Shown one piece after another: positions 1 to 9,599 of a DNA stretch of 64,000 nucleotides. The first letter of the stretch is position 1; each line of letters begins with the position of its first letter. The notes below the pieces were generated by a model that was given only the letters and a program-made list of their open reading frames with translations, was not told the origin of the DNA and searched no databases. The position numbers and the translations under genes are program-made. The stretch lies in IMG/VR virus record IMGVR_UViG_3300030104_003613. One strand, written 5' to 3'. The DNA comes from a virus.

Positions 1-1
1 C

Positions 2-844
2 CAGATACTTACAGAAAGCACGGTCTTCGATACCCAGATCGAGAGCGATACCCTCAATGATGCGTTGCTCTGTAGCAGCGGTAGGATAAGACTGCTCAAA
101 GGTGACACAGAAGCGTTCCAGGAATGCCTCGTTCAAGACATTGGTGCCAATGAAGCGACCATCGTCAGAACCCTTACCCTTGGTGTTAGCGGTGGCAATG
201 ACATTGAATCCCTTGGCAGGAGTCACAAAGCGACCAGTCTTCTTGAGGAAGACACCCTTACCTTCCAGAACAGACTGAAGACACAGGATCTTGTTAGATG
301 CCAGATCAACCTCGTCTAAAAGAAGAATTGCTCCACGCTCCAGAGCTTCGATGACTGGACCGTTATGCCAAACAGTTTCACCATTAACCAGACGGAAACC
401 ACCAATAAGGTCATCTTCGTCAGTCTCGATAGTAATGTTGACACGAATCAGTTCCCTCTTGAGTTGGGCACACGCTTGCTCAACACAGAACGTCTTACCG
501 TTGCCAGAAAGTCCTGTAAGGAATGTAGGATAAAATAGACCGGACTTAATAATCCTTTTAACATCCGTGAAATTACCAAAGCTGATAAAGGTATCATCTT
601 TCGCGGGAATAAGGTTTTGTTCTACAGCAGGAAGGGCAGCAGGTGCCTGATAGGTTTGCTCAAGTTGTTCAGTGACGGTCAGATCCCATTTGCCACGACC
701 AGTTTTATAATCATCAATTTTCTTTGAGACCGTTTGATAGGTGGTGCCGTTCATCGCACACCATGCTTTCACATCGCCAGAGGTGACTTTATCACCGTAC
801 AGTGCTTGAAGAGAAGAGACAACGTATTCGGTAGACAGTGCCAT
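2..844 (-). CDS. cobS: CobS/MoxR-like AAA+ ATPase (3' end runs off the window)
   Basis: Not in the ORF track; translated by hand from ATG 844: MALSTEYVVSSLQALYG...FYPTFLTGLSGNGKT (Walker A)...DLIGG...LLLDEVD (Walker B)...VIATAN...LNEAFLERF. This is the typical cyanophage cobS-annotated protein. Confidence 0.9.
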   Translation of the reverse strand, partial: MALSTEYVVSSLQALYGDKVTSGDVKAWCAMNGTTYQTVSKKIDDYKTGRGKWDLTVTEQLEQTYQAPAALPAVEQNLIPAKDDTFISFGNFTDVKRIIKSGLFYPTFLTGLSGNGKTFCVEQACAQLKRELIRVNITIETDEDDLIGGFRLVNGETVWHNGPVIEALERGAILLLDEVDLASNKILCLQSVLEGKGVFLKKTGRFVTPAKGFNVIATANTKGKGSDDGRFIGTNVLNEAFLERFCVTFEQSYPTAATEQRIIEGIALDLGIEDRAFCKYL

Positions 845-871
845 GATGTAGTGCGTTTGTTCAACAGGTTA

Positions 872-928
872 ATTATAGAGCAGGTTGGGACCGTTGCCGG
901 TCCCGAGTGGACGGTTTAAGGTCTGGTC
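872..928 (-). promoter_or_regulatory. Putative early promoter of cobS: TATAAT -10, GC hairpin and upstream CAG-N5-AAAC motif
   Basis: Minus strand reads GACCAGACCTTAAACCGTCCAC-TC-GGGACCG(GCAA)CGGTCCC-AACCTGCTC-TATAAT; the -10 is at 877-872. Confidence 0.6.
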
Positions 929-3068
929 AGCAGACCAAATCCATGAACTGACTCAGCACCTTTTTATTTAGTGCTTTTGCTTTAAGATTCTTCATAAAAG
1001 CAGACTTAATCTTTGTCTTACTAGCACCCTCTTCAACATCCAGTTCAGAGATGTTCTCAAGGGAAGCAGAAAGCATGGTAAACAGACTAGTGTATCCAGA
1101 CTCTTTAACAGCATAACTCTTGACCTTTTTGACTTTCTTGATTTGTTCATCCGACAGGAACTCATAACGACGGATGATATCACCCAGTTCACGACCATTA
1201 CAGAGACGAATACCAATGAAGTTAGTTTCAGGAAAAGACTGACGAAGATCCTTGAGGAGAACATCAGTGAACCTATAATAAGCATGATCAAACTTGTAGG
1301 TGTGACCTGTCTTACGGTTACGGAGATAGCAACCAGCGTATACAGTGGCGACTCCAAGACGTTCTACACCTTTATAATCAATGATGCGCTTGAACACTGG
1401 CAAACCACCTGATTCACCATCAGTCAAAATTACACAGTGAGTCTTTTGAACGCCATGCTTTGATTTAAATTGAGGAATAATCTGATGAAGACAAACAAGT
1501 GACTCATGAAGAGGAGTTCCAGACAAATTCAATTCACCAGGAATACTGTAATTGACCCAGTGCTTGAATGAGAAAGCAACTCTCCAAAGGTTGAGAATTT
1601 GTTTCTCCACCTCACTCTTCTTGACACTACTGGAAAGGATATTCATCAGACCGAAATGATTACCAGTAATGTTAAACATACCTACCTCATTTTCTTGAGT
1701 GTCAAGTTCACTCCAATCTATACCTCTTCTTTCCTCATCCCTTGCCCAGTTGTTTGTAAAAGCATAGACATCAAAAGGAATGTTGACCTTGTTACAGAAC
1801 CAGACAATGTTCAGAAGTTGTTTGACAGTTGGGACAATACAATCACCCATAGAACCAGACCAGTCAAGAACAAAGATAAGTCCATGATTCTTACCATCAG
1901 GCAGAATAGTCACTTTACGGAACAGGTCTTCATTGTACTTGTAGGTGTGAAGTTTGGAGCAATCAAGAACACCAGTGCGGGCAGTTGCTGAACGAGCATA
2001 AGCATCAGCAGACTTCTTACACTCAAACTCTTTTACCATGTAGTTGATTTCTTTTTGAGCAGACTTTTTGAATTTACCAAACTCACAATCAGCATAACCA
2101 AAATCATAAGGGTCAGGTGTTACATACTCCTGTGTCCAACGATCAAACGTAGGTTGAGGATTCAGACCAGATTCCCAAAAATCATTGAGTTTCTGATGAA
2201 CATCAGCGTTAGGAATAATGAAGTGCTCAAGTTTGACTTTAGGAACCTCACAATACATGGGGTCTTCATTCTTGTCTAGGTTACCGTTGAACTCTTCGGT
2301 GCCTTCTTCAAACATTTCATCAGTGGTTACCTTTGGTTCCTCTGGTTGCTGCTCCGCAGTCCCACCATAAGGAGTATTCTCATCTTGCTCAATCTGACTG
2401 CTGCCTTCTTCTTCGGAACCACTAGATTCACCACTCTCCTGTTCAACTGTACTATCAGAAGTGCCTTGCTGATCGGTGTTGGTGTTCTGTTCAGGAAGAT
2501 CGCCTTTGGGAGTCTCAAGTTTTTGAGCATCCTTACAGAAACGATACAACTCTTCTGCCACCATCAGAGCATCAGCAAAAGTCTCTGTCTCTCCCATCAT
2601 CTTGACAATCCTTTCTTCCTCTTTAGAGAAAGAAATATCAACGAAATTACCAATCTTGTAATACAGATTAGCACGGTCAGCAAGATTCATATCGCTGATA
2701 TTAGAACCTTCCAGACAGAAGAAGTCATCCTCCGCCAGTTCACTGTACCCTTTGTAAAAGCTTTTAGACAGACCAGGATACCGACGCTTCATCAGTTTCT
2801 CAATACGAGCGTCTTCCACCACATTCACAAACTGATGAGGGATACGATCCGACCAGTCCCACTCATTAGGGGTGTAAAGGGCATGACCAACCTCATGACC
2901 CACCAGCATGTCATATACGTTCTCACTTGCTCGCTTCCACATCGGCAGCGTCAACACACGGGTTTCCACATTAAACTGTGCCGTAGCGACATTGCGGTTC
3001 TCAACCAGCAGGTCCTCTGTAGCAAGCAGTCTAGCGAGTTGTGACTTGATTTCGTAGTTGACAGTCAT
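927..3068 (-). CDS. HEXXH metallopeptidase plus vWA (CobT-like) domain protein
   Basis: N-terminal HEVGH and NVVEDARIE; acidic linker; vWA MIDAS motif DWSGS followed by GTP and ILTDG; adjacent to cobS. Confidence 0.85.
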   Translation of the reverse strand: MTVNYEIKSQLARLLATEDLLVENRNVATAQFNVETRVLTLPMWKRASENVYDMLVGHEVGHALYTPNEWDWSDRIPHQFVNVVEDARIEKLMKRRYPGLSKSFYKGYSELAEDDFFCLEGSNISDMNLADRANLYYKIGNFVDISFSKEEERIVKMMGETETFADALMVAEELYRFCKDAQKLETPKGDLPEQNTNTDQQGTSDSTVEQESGESSGSEEEGSSQIEQDENTPYGGTAEQQPEEPKVTTDEMFEEGTEEFNGNLDKNEDPMYCEVPKVKLEHFIIPNADVHQKLNDFWESGLNPQPTFDRWTQEYVTPDPYDFGYADCEFGKFKKSAQKEINYMVKEFECKKSADAYARSATARTGVLDCSKLHTYKYNEDLFRKVTILPDGKNHGLIFVLDWSGSMGDCIVPTVKQLLNIVWFCNKVNIPFDVYAFTNNWARDEERRGIDWSELDTQENEVGMFNITGNHFGLMNILSSSVKKSEVEKQILNLWRVAFSFKHWVNYSIPGELNLSGTPLHESLVCLHQIIPQFKSKHGVQKTHCVILTDGESGGLPVFKRIIDYKGVERLGVATVYAGCYLRNRKTGHTYKFDHAYYRFTDVLLKDLRQSFPETNFIGIRLCNGRELGDIIRRYEFLSDEQIKKVKKVKSYAVKESGYTSLFTMLSASLENISELDVEEGASKTKIKSAFMKNLKAKALNKKVLSQFMDLVC

Positions 3069-3091
3069 CGTGCTTTGCTTTGTATATGGAT

Positions 3092-3148
3092 ATCATACCG
3101 CAGTCAGAGCAGTTTTAAGATGGGTCCGACCAGTTTGACAACTGTCAC
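3092..3148 (-). promoter_or_regulatory. Putative early promoter of the peptidase-vWA gene
   Basis: Minus strand GTGACAGTTGTCAAACTGGTC, then TATGAT (3097-3092) about 35 nt after the AAAC; same layout as the element upstream of cobS. Confidence 0.55.
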
Positions 3149-3157
3149 AATAACCAA

Positions 3158-3184
3158 TCCCCCGCACCTGATAGGTACGAGGGA
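3158..3184 (-). terminator. Stem-loop downstream of the 56-aa ORF (probable terminator)
   Basis: TCCCTCGTACCT-ATC-AGGTGCGGGGGA pairs fully, with G-U pairs, only on the minus strand; the U tract is weak. Confidence 0.5.
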
Positions 3185-3223
3185 CTTTGGTGGTATTGGC
3201 TCCGGTAATAAACTTTCTACTCT

Positions 3224-3394
3224 TTATTCTTCAGTTAGAATGTGTCTACAGACCCTCCTGGCGTTTTGATCGACTATCTCACAATCGGAAATGCATTGAA
3301 AGTATTCGGACACTTGGTCGTATTTTTGATCGATGGTTAGTTTTTCGTCCCACTTCCAGGATGCTAGTTCATTACGAGAAAAAAGATTACGCAT
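3224..3394 (-). CDS. Small conserved hypothetical protein with Cys-containing C-terminus (cyanobacterial/cyanophage type)
   Basis: ATG 3394 follows a GGAGG Shine-Dalgarno; MRNLFSRNELASW...YFQCISDC...VCRHIL. Confidence 0.65.
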   Translation of the reverse strand: MRNLFSRNELASWKWDEKLTIDQKYDQVSEYFQCISDCEIVDQNARRVCRHILTEE

Positions 3395-3462
3395 AATAAC
3401 CTCCGTCACTATATTATATAGTCATCGTATGCTAACTTAATAACTTTTAGTTAACTTGAAAT

Positions 3463-5175
3463 CTAACTCAACATTCTGCTAAATCCTTTAATCTTTTCAA
3501 ACTTCAACACTTCCTCAAACTTATCTTCAAGACCAGTCTTGTGGGAGATGACAAAGATATTGGCGTCCTTAATCACAAAACGAATAATCTTAAGGAACTC
3601 TTCTGTACCAAATCCATCAAGAGATGAATCAAACACTTCATCCATAATCAAGAGATTAGTGTTGACAGAGTTTTTAAGTCTGGCAATTTCTCTCCAGGTA
3701 AAAAGCAAAGACAAGTCAACCCTCATCTTCTCTCCTTCAGAGAAAGAAGAATAGGTAAAGTCTTCGTGAATCGGAGTTTCAATAGTCTCGTTAAACTCTT
3801 CATCCAACTTGAAATTGATATAGAAATCCATCATCTGCAGATAACGATTAACCTGCTGATTAATGAGTGGTAGATACTTATTGATAATCTTTGCCTTGAC
3901 TCCACCATCTTTGAGGAGGTTGTAGATGAAATCCTGATAGGATACCTTGTCTTTTCTTTCAGCAAGATTATCGTAGGTTGTTTGAAGAGTTTCGTTTAGT
4001 TCTGTTAGCTTCTCATGCTCAATACTTTGATTTTCGATTTCCGTGGTAATAGTTTGAATTTCTGATTCCAATCTACTGATCTGTCGTTGGAATCCAGTGA
4101 TTTCAGTATTGTTAGTAGAAATGCCATTAAGGAAAGAACTTACCTCTTCTGATAGTTGGGTGAAAGAGGACTCTCTCAACTCTTCGTCTTTAATTGCCTG
4201 TTGGAGTTCTTCATACCCCTTTCGCAATTCTGTTGCTTTATTTTGAGAGTCCGTAATTCTATTTACACGGAACGACTCCTCAATAGTCTGGTCACAAGTA
4301 GGGCATACCGTATTTTCATTAAAGAATTTGTGCTCCTTAACTATAGTATTGATACGCTGTGATAGTTTACCTTTAATACTACCGTACTCACGCAGACGCT
4401 TTGAAGCATCAGTGTACTTATCCATTTCTTCTTTCTTCTCAATCATACTATTTTCAAGTGCCATGCTTGTTTCATAGCGTTGATGAATAGTTGTATTCAG
4501 ACTATTGATTTGTGTTCTTTTCTGATCTACATCTTTCTTACTTTGACTCTCGATCTTCTTGATGAATCCTCTCTGCATATCAACTTTGTCTTTCAAAGAT
4601 TCTTTCTTGAGTTCAAGAGTCTTAATCTCATCTTTCAATAGTCTAATCTTTCCTTTGACAATATCATTCATCGAGGAGAAGATCTTGATGTCCAATAGAT
4701 CTTCTACAACTTCTCTACGACTTGATACTGGGAGTTGCATGAAGGGAACAAAAGTACTGCTACCCAGAATAACAATCTGACTAAAAGACTTATAGTTCAT
4801 CTTCAAGACATTCTGTTCCAACCATTTCTGCTGATCAATGGCAGAAGAGTTTTGATTTAGTTCTTCACCATTGCGATAGATTTTAAAGATATTAGGTTTG
4901 ATACCTCTTGATACTTTCCATTCAATACCATTGATATCAAACAAAATATCTACATAACAGTTCTTTTCATTAACACTATTAACCAGTTGCCCTTTGTTAA
5001 TCTTACGGAAGGACTTACCATACAGCGAGAACGTAAGAGCATCTAGAATGGTTGACTTACCAGCACCATTAGATCCAATGATAAGGGATGTAGATTTACT
5101 ATCAAGTTGAACGGTGGTCGGTTGATTCCCGGTTGATAGAAAGTTTTTCCAAGAGATAGTCTTAAAGGTAATCAT
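3463..5175 (-). CDS. gp46: Recombination endonuclease ATPase subunit (SbcC/Rad50-like)
   Basis: WKNFLSTGN, GSNGAGKST, coiled coil with CPTC zinc hook, FSEGEK signature, DEVFDSSLD, ISH. Confidence 0.97.
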   Translation of the reverse strand: MITFKTISWKNFLSTGNQPTTVQLDSKSTSLIIGSNGAGKSTILDALTFSLYGKSFRKINKGQLVNSVNEKNCYVDILFDINGIEWKVSRGIKPNIFKIYRNGEELNQNSSAIDQQKWLEQNVLKMNYKSFSQIVILGSSTFVPFMQLPVSSRREVVEDLLDIKIFSSMNDIVKGKIRLLKDEIKTLELKKESLKDKVDMQRGFIKKIESQSKKDVDQKRTQINSLNTTIHQRYETSMALENSMIEKKEEMDKYTDASKRLREYGSIKGKLSQRINTIVKEHKFFNENTVCPTCDQTIEESFRVNRITDSQNKATELRKGYEELQQAIKDEELRESSFTQLSEEVSSFLNGISTNNTEITGFQRQISRLESEIQTITTEIENQSIEHEKLTELNETLQTTYDNLAERKDKVSYQDFIYNLLKDGGVKAKIINKYLPLINQQVNRYLQMMDFYINFKLDEEFNETIETPIHEDFTYSSFSEGEKMRVDLSLLFTWREIARLKNSVNTNLLIMDEVFDSSLDGFGTEEFLKIIRFVIKDANIFVISHKTGLEDKFEEVLKFEKIKGFSRMLS

Positions 5176-5434
5176 TTGCGTTATCAGGGGGAATCACAAT
5201 GTCATTTTTAGTAATTACAGTATAGCGATGATCATGAATTTCGCATGTCTTAATCATCACTTCATCATCTACTTCTAGCACGTGCATCTCTGGATATCCA
5301 AGTTCTTCCAGATGCATCGCATATCGCATAGCATCATCTTCCTGGTCGAAGATATAGAGAACCTGTTCTCCGTCATCATCTACGACTGAATATGCTCCTT
5401 CTTTTTCTTTGCCAGCGATTGTTAATATAAACAT
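5162..5434 (-). CDS. Conserved hypothetical protein (DUF3110-like)
   Basis: IFDQEDDAMRYAMHLE motif; overlaps gp47 and gp46, as is usual in cyanomyoviruses. Confidence 0.7.
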   Translation of the reverse strand: MFILTIAGKEKEGAYSVVDDDGEQVLYIFDQEDDAMRYAMHLEELGYPEMHVLEVDDEVMIKTCEIHDHRYTVITKNDIVIPPDNANDYL

Positions 5435-6480
5435 TAGAAAATCAATTCACATGCCTCTTGATAGGTTGACCTCATGAGACTCTTGACTTTAGATTTATCC
5501 AAACTAATTTCTGCCTCTTCAATATATCTATCAAGAATAGAGAGAGTATCTTCTGTCTCTAAACCATCAGTGTCAACAGCATCGTCGTTGAGCACAAAGT
5601 TCTCGACAATCTTCAAATCAGCAACGTTTGAAGAGTACAACTTATCAATGAACTTCTCAAACTGAACGCTGTCAGACTTCTTACGAACGATTACCTTGAC
5701 GATCTTACCTTCGTATTCTCTGGTGTCAAACAGTTGATGGTCGGTATCTTCGTAGTAGATAATTTTAAACAGAGAGAACGGATTGTTGATGGGTGTGTGT
5801 TTCATTGTCTCTGTATCAAAGAGATGGAAACCTCTTACATCATTACAATCATTCCAGAACATCTCATAGGGATTGCCTAGGTAGAAGACTGTTCCGTTAT
5901 CTGATCTTGTATGGTAATGACCCGAGAACACCTTGTCGAACTTCTGATATAGTTCGCTTTCCATACCATGCTCCATGATGCAACCTCTATGAGCTCTAAA
6001 TCCTTGTAACTCAAGGTGCCCCATCGCGCATACGCTAGTTGAAGCTTTAATAGATTCAATAGAACTCTTTTCATTTTGCTCACATATCCATGGTATGTAA
6101 AGTATATTCAAACCACCAACCGTAACCTCTGTCGATTCAACATAGGTAGTAATGTTATCGTACTCTTTTAGGAGAAGTTCAATAGCATTAATCTCATTGG
6201 TATTTTTATAGTAAGCATCGTGATTACCAACCATAAGATCCATCGTGATACCTCTTTGTTTTAGAGGTTCAAAGAATACTCTCTTTGACCAGTCCAGGGA
6301 TTTGAACTCGATGCCTTTTCTGCTATCAAAAGCATCACCCATGTGAATAACATGAGTGATACCCATCTTGTCTAGGGTTGGAAAGAATATCTCATTATAA
6401 AATACTTCAAAGTAATCGTGAAAGAGTTTAGATCCTTTACGAGCACCAAAATGAGTATCAGTGATAATCGCTACGAGCAT
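5434..6480 (-). CDS. gp47: Recombination endonuclease nuclease subunit (SbcD/Mre11-like)
   Basis: Metallophosphoesterase motifs DTHFG, GDAFD, GNHD, GHYH. Confidence 0.97.
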   Translation of the reverse strand: MLVAIITDTHFGARKGSKLFHDYFEVFYNEIFFPTLDKMGITHVIHMGDAFDSRKGIEFKSLDWSKRVFFEPLKQRGITMDLMVGNHDAYYKNTNEINAIELLLKEYDNITTYVESTEVTVGGLNILYIPWICEQNEKSSIESIKASTSVCAMGHLELQGFRAHRGCIMEHGMESELYQKFDKVFSGHYHTRSDNGTVFYLGNPYEMFWNDCNDVRGFHLFDTETMKHTPINNPFSLFKIIYYEDTDHQLFDTREYEGKIVKVIVRKKSDSVQFEKFIDKLYSSNVADLKIVENFVLNDDAVDTDGLETEDTLSILDRYIEEAEISLDKSKVKSLMRSTYQEACELIF

Positions 6481-6983
6481 CAGTTACGAAGTTTGGAGTG
6501 GACAGCATCCTTGATGGAATTGTACTCGCTATAGTTGCTAGAGTCAATATCATTTGCGTCAAACACCTCGTCAAAATCTGTCTTCTCAAGTATCTTATTC
6601 TTGATCTCCAACTGCTTCTTCTCTTGCTGAATGCGTCTCAAGAAGGCGTAGTAAATGATTTGAGTGAAGTATGCGAAAGGGTTCTTTGATTTCTCTGGAT
6701 TAAAGTTATGAACGTATCTTACACAGTTCTCAATGCCGTCACAGATCATGTCATCCTTGAACATGTAGTTGACAAAGTTTGGTTTGTATGATAAGTGATT
6801 GGCGATCTTCAAGAAGCACTCACCGATGTATCTGGGGATTGGTGGTTTGGGTTGATCGTTGAGTTTCGCTCTCTCCACCTGTGCGAAATAAAGTTCTAAA
6901 GCAGCAAGGAAATCCTTGTTGTTAACGTAATGTTCTGATTTCTTCGGTCTTGGCATAACCCCATAAGCAGTATTAACGACCAT
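6480..6983 (-). CDS. gp55: Late transcription sigma factor
   Basis: HYVNNKDF, IGECFLKIA, NFVNYMFKDDMI, NPFAYFTQIIYYAFLRRI. Confidence 0.97.
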   Translation of the reverse strand: MVVNTAYGVMPRPKKSEHYVNNKDFLAALELYFAQVERAKLNDQPKPPIPRYIGECFLKIANHLSYKPNFVNYMFKDDMICDGIENCVRYVHNFNPEKSKNPFAYFTQIIYYAFLRRIQQEKKQLEIKNKILEKTDFDEVFDANDIDSSNYSEYNSIKDAVHSKLRN

Positions 6984-7007
6984 AATGTGTTCAAATCCGT
7001 TTCACTT

Positions 7008-7058
7008 ATTATAACAGATTAATCAATACTTGACAAGATCCTATTTACCCTTTAGACT
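7008..7058. promoter_or_regulatory. Overlapping divergent sigma70-type promoters
   Basis: Minus: TTGTCA(7036-7031)-N17-TATAAT(7013-7008) with a TG extended -10. Plus: TTGACA(7030-7035)-N17-TAGACT(7053-7058). Confidence 0.7.
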
Positions 7059-7085
7059 AAGTTTGTTGCTTTTCAAGGATCAGCT

Positions 7086-7472
7086 CTAGCTATTATTATA
7101 GAGTTTCTCTAGGACTTCTTTGGCTTCATGAACAGAAGACAGATATCCCATCTTCCTATCTAATTTAGCAAAGTTACCTTTGTTTGCTTTACGAGTGTAA
7201 TCTTGATAGTACAGGATCATCTCGATATCTTCTGATTCAGACATCGTTAAGACATCTTCCAGATTCAAGATGAACATATCTTCTTTAGTTGTCTTTAACC
7301 ATGGTTCAAAGTTATATCCTTGTACGTTCCCTCTAACTTTAATCTCTGATACTACAATGGGATTAGATACCAATAGCATGGTTCTTCCATCTTCCTCTGA
7401 TGCTGCTACCTTACAGAAGATTTCATCACCACATTTAAGTTTAATTGTTGCGTAAAAGTCGTCTTCTATCAT
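7086..7472 (-). CDS. Conserved hypothetical protein (possible Sm-like fold)
   Basis: ATIKLKCGDEIF...FEPW; conserved position between uvsW and gp55. Confidence 0.75.
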   Translation of the reverse strand: MIEDDFYATIKLKCGDEIFCKVAASEEDGRTMLLVSNPIVVSEIKVRGNVQGYNFEPWLKTTKEDMFILNLEDVLTMSESEDIEMILYYQDYTRKANKGNFAKLDRKMGYLSSVHEAKEVLEKLYNNS

Positions 7473-7486
7473 ACGGTTCTCCTTTT

Positions 7487-8950
7487 CTAGTCTTTGATGT
7501 CAATTGATACGATGTCATAGTTGAATTCTTCTTGAACGTAAATCTTAACTCTTTCAATAAAATGGTTGAGTGTATAATTCTTTCTTGATCCGATTGTCAG
7601 ATCATCAGCAATATCATAGAGTTTGGCACTTACTTTATCTTTGCCTTTGCGAAGGACTCTACCAATACTCTGCAGATTACGAATGCGAGATTTGGATGGA
7701 GAGGCAAAGATTACATTATGAAGATTTTTAATATTGATGCCTGTACTGAATGTACCATAAGATGCGACAATGATTGCATCTTTTTGTTGTTCTGTAATCT
7801 CCCTTACTGACTCACGATCTTCAGCATCTACACCGCCGTGAACAAAGAATACTTTTCTTCCTTCACTGACATTTTTATTTATGAGGTTGTAAAGTATAGC
7901 ACCATGTGCTTCCACACGACTGAATAGAATCAGAGTGTTACCTTTTAAATCAATTGCTAGATTCTTAATGAAATTGTTTCTTTTTTCATGACCGATAAGG
8001 AACTGAATCTCATCTTCATAGGTATCAAACTTCTTGGGTTTATACTTAAGGACAAGACATTGAATATCAAGAGTGGCAAGGTGTCCCTCATCAATTAATT
8101 TCTTGGTTCCTGTTACTTTATATGATGGTCCGAAGAGTCCCTCTAACACCCACTTATGCGTCTGTGTGCCGTCTAACGTGCCTGTAAACCCATATCTATA
8201 CTTTGCGTGATGTAACTTATCCATAATACCAACAAGAGACTTACTCTTGAAAAGGTGCGCCTCGTCACCAATGATTACATCATATTCTTCAAAGAATGTT
8301 CTATCTAACTGATAGACAGATTGCCAAGTAGTAATTGTCACCTCATTGGTATTAACTCTTTCACGTCCAGCATAGATCCTATGGCAGTGATTCTCTGCTG
8401 CCCATCCATAGTCTTGAAAGTCTTTGAACATCTGTTCTACAAGTGATGTGGTAGGAACCACAAGCAAGATCTTTTTGCCAGCATTCACAAAGAATCTGAC
8501 AATGGTGTAAATCATAAATGACTTACCAGATGCCGTAGGTGAGATAAGAAGTTTTCTATTATAACGTAGAGCATCAGACACTGCATCTATCTGATAATCT
8601 CTGGGTTTTAACGCTGTGATGGATGCCATAAAGTCTTTAACACCCTCTGGTGTTACCATCTCATTGACTTCAAATGGTAGACCGTAAAACTTATTCTTTG
8701 CGAACGTATAGGAATATCCTGACTTCTCACAGAAGGCAACTATCTTATCTAATAACCCAACATAAATTCTTTTTGTTCTAATATCAAACAGGTGAATTTC
8801 TCCGTTCCAATGCCTCTTGCGATATTGAGGCATGAACTTCATGTTGGGAACTTCAAACGTAAACCTATCTCGTAGTTCGTATTCTACATGAGGTTCAGTG
8901 TGAATTTTAAGATATACTTCATTAACCTTTTCAATAACCAGGTCAGCCAT
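7487..8950 (-). CDS. uvsW: SF2 DNA helicase UvsW
   Basis: PRDYQ, SPTASGKS, GDEAH, GFTGT, FSTGINI, QSIGRVLR. Confidence 0.97.
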   Translation of the reverse strand: MADLVIEKVNEVYLKIHTEPHVEYELRDRFTFEVPNMKFMPQYRKRHWNGEIHLFDIRTKRIYVGLLDKIVAFCEKSGYSYTFAKNKFYGLPFEVNEMVTPEGVKDFMASITALKPRDYQIDAVSDALRYNRKLLISPTASGKSFMIYTIVRFFVNAGKKILLVVPTTSLVEQMFKDFQDYGWAAENHCHRIYAGRERVNTNEVTITTWQSVYQLDRTFFEEYDVIIGDEAHLFKSKSLVGIMDKLHHAKYRYGFTGTLDGTQTHKWVLEGLFGPSYKVTGTKKLIDEGHLATLDIQCLVLKYKPKKFDTYEDEIQFLIGHEKRNNFIKNLAIDLKGNTLILFSRVEAHGAILYNLINKNVSEGRKVFFVHGGVDAEDRESVREITEQQKDAIIVASYGTFSTGINIKNLHNVIFASPSKSRIRNLQSIGRVLRKGKDKVSAKLYDIADDLTIGSRKNYTLNHFIERVKIYVQEEFNYDIVSIDIKD

Positions 8951-8976
8951 AATATAATCTCACCTAGAGATATTTA

Positions 8977-9165
8977 TTAGCTGTTTAAAAACTTGTGTTC
9001 TAAAATAATCCTATAGAAATGATCTCTCATAGCAAGTAAATCTTCTTGCTCCATAGGATCACCGCCAGACCATTTATTAGCAGCCTGTGATAATCCAGTG
9101 TGAATGACACGAACTGCCTCTATTGGCAATTCTAAACGATAATACTGATCGTCTTCTTCCATCAT
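8977..9165 (-). CDS. Hypothetical protein
   Basis: 62-aa ORF whose start overlaps the uvsY stop. Confidence 0.65.
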   Translation of the reverse strand: MMEEDDQYYRLELPIEAVRVIHTGLSQAANKWSGGDPMEQEDLLAMRDHFYRIILEHKFLNS

Positions 9166-9596
9166 CCTAGTCCTGAATTAAACCTCATGAATTCGATAGC
9201 GTTCTTAATCTGATATGTACGATTACCAACTTGTTTGAGTATCTCTTCTAGATATCTCAAAGTAGTTTCATAGTAATCGATTTTTAAACTGCAGTTAGAT
9301 AACTTTTCATCAGCGTCAAGATACTTTTGCATTGTATCCTTGTCCCGTATTTTCTTGGGGAAAGGATTTCTTATGTATACATCTGGGTCCGCTTTACCCG
9401 AGAAGTATTCGTATCTTTCATGTCTGATGTTCTTCCTCTGCTGCTCTGCCTTCTTGCGAAGGAGCATCACAGTGTTGTACATCTCATAATATTTAGCATG
9501 AAGGATAGGTATATTCAAAGATTCTGTGTGAAGATTATCAGGATCAATCTTTGAGTCACTTTCCCACATGGTTTGGATTGTTTCCAAATCAATCAT
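9162..9596 (-). CDS. uvsY: Recombination mediator UvsY
   Basis: DSKIDPDNLHTESLNIPILHAKY...YLDAD...RTYQIKNAIE; syntenic with uvsW. Confidence 0.92.
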   Translation of the reverse strand: MIDLETIQTMWESDSKIDPDNLHTESLNIPILHAKYYEMYNTVMLLRKKAEQQRKNIRHERYEYFSGKADPDVYIRNPFPKKIRDKDTMQKYLDADEKLSNCSLKIDYYETTLRYLEEILKQVGNRTYQIKNAIEFMRFNSGLG

Positions 9597-9599
9597 AAA

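Noticed and set aside
2-844. cobS as evidence of cobalamin biosynthesis
   Set aside because: No cobN or other cob genes are in the window; the vWA-peptidase context fits a generic MoxR-type system.
3431-3468. Repeated TAACT pentamers upstream of the 56-aa ORF as a possible Pho box
   Set aside because: Spacing is irregular (8, 11, 12 nt) and the match to the cyanobacterial PyTTAAPyPy(T/A) repeat is poor in AT-rich DNA.
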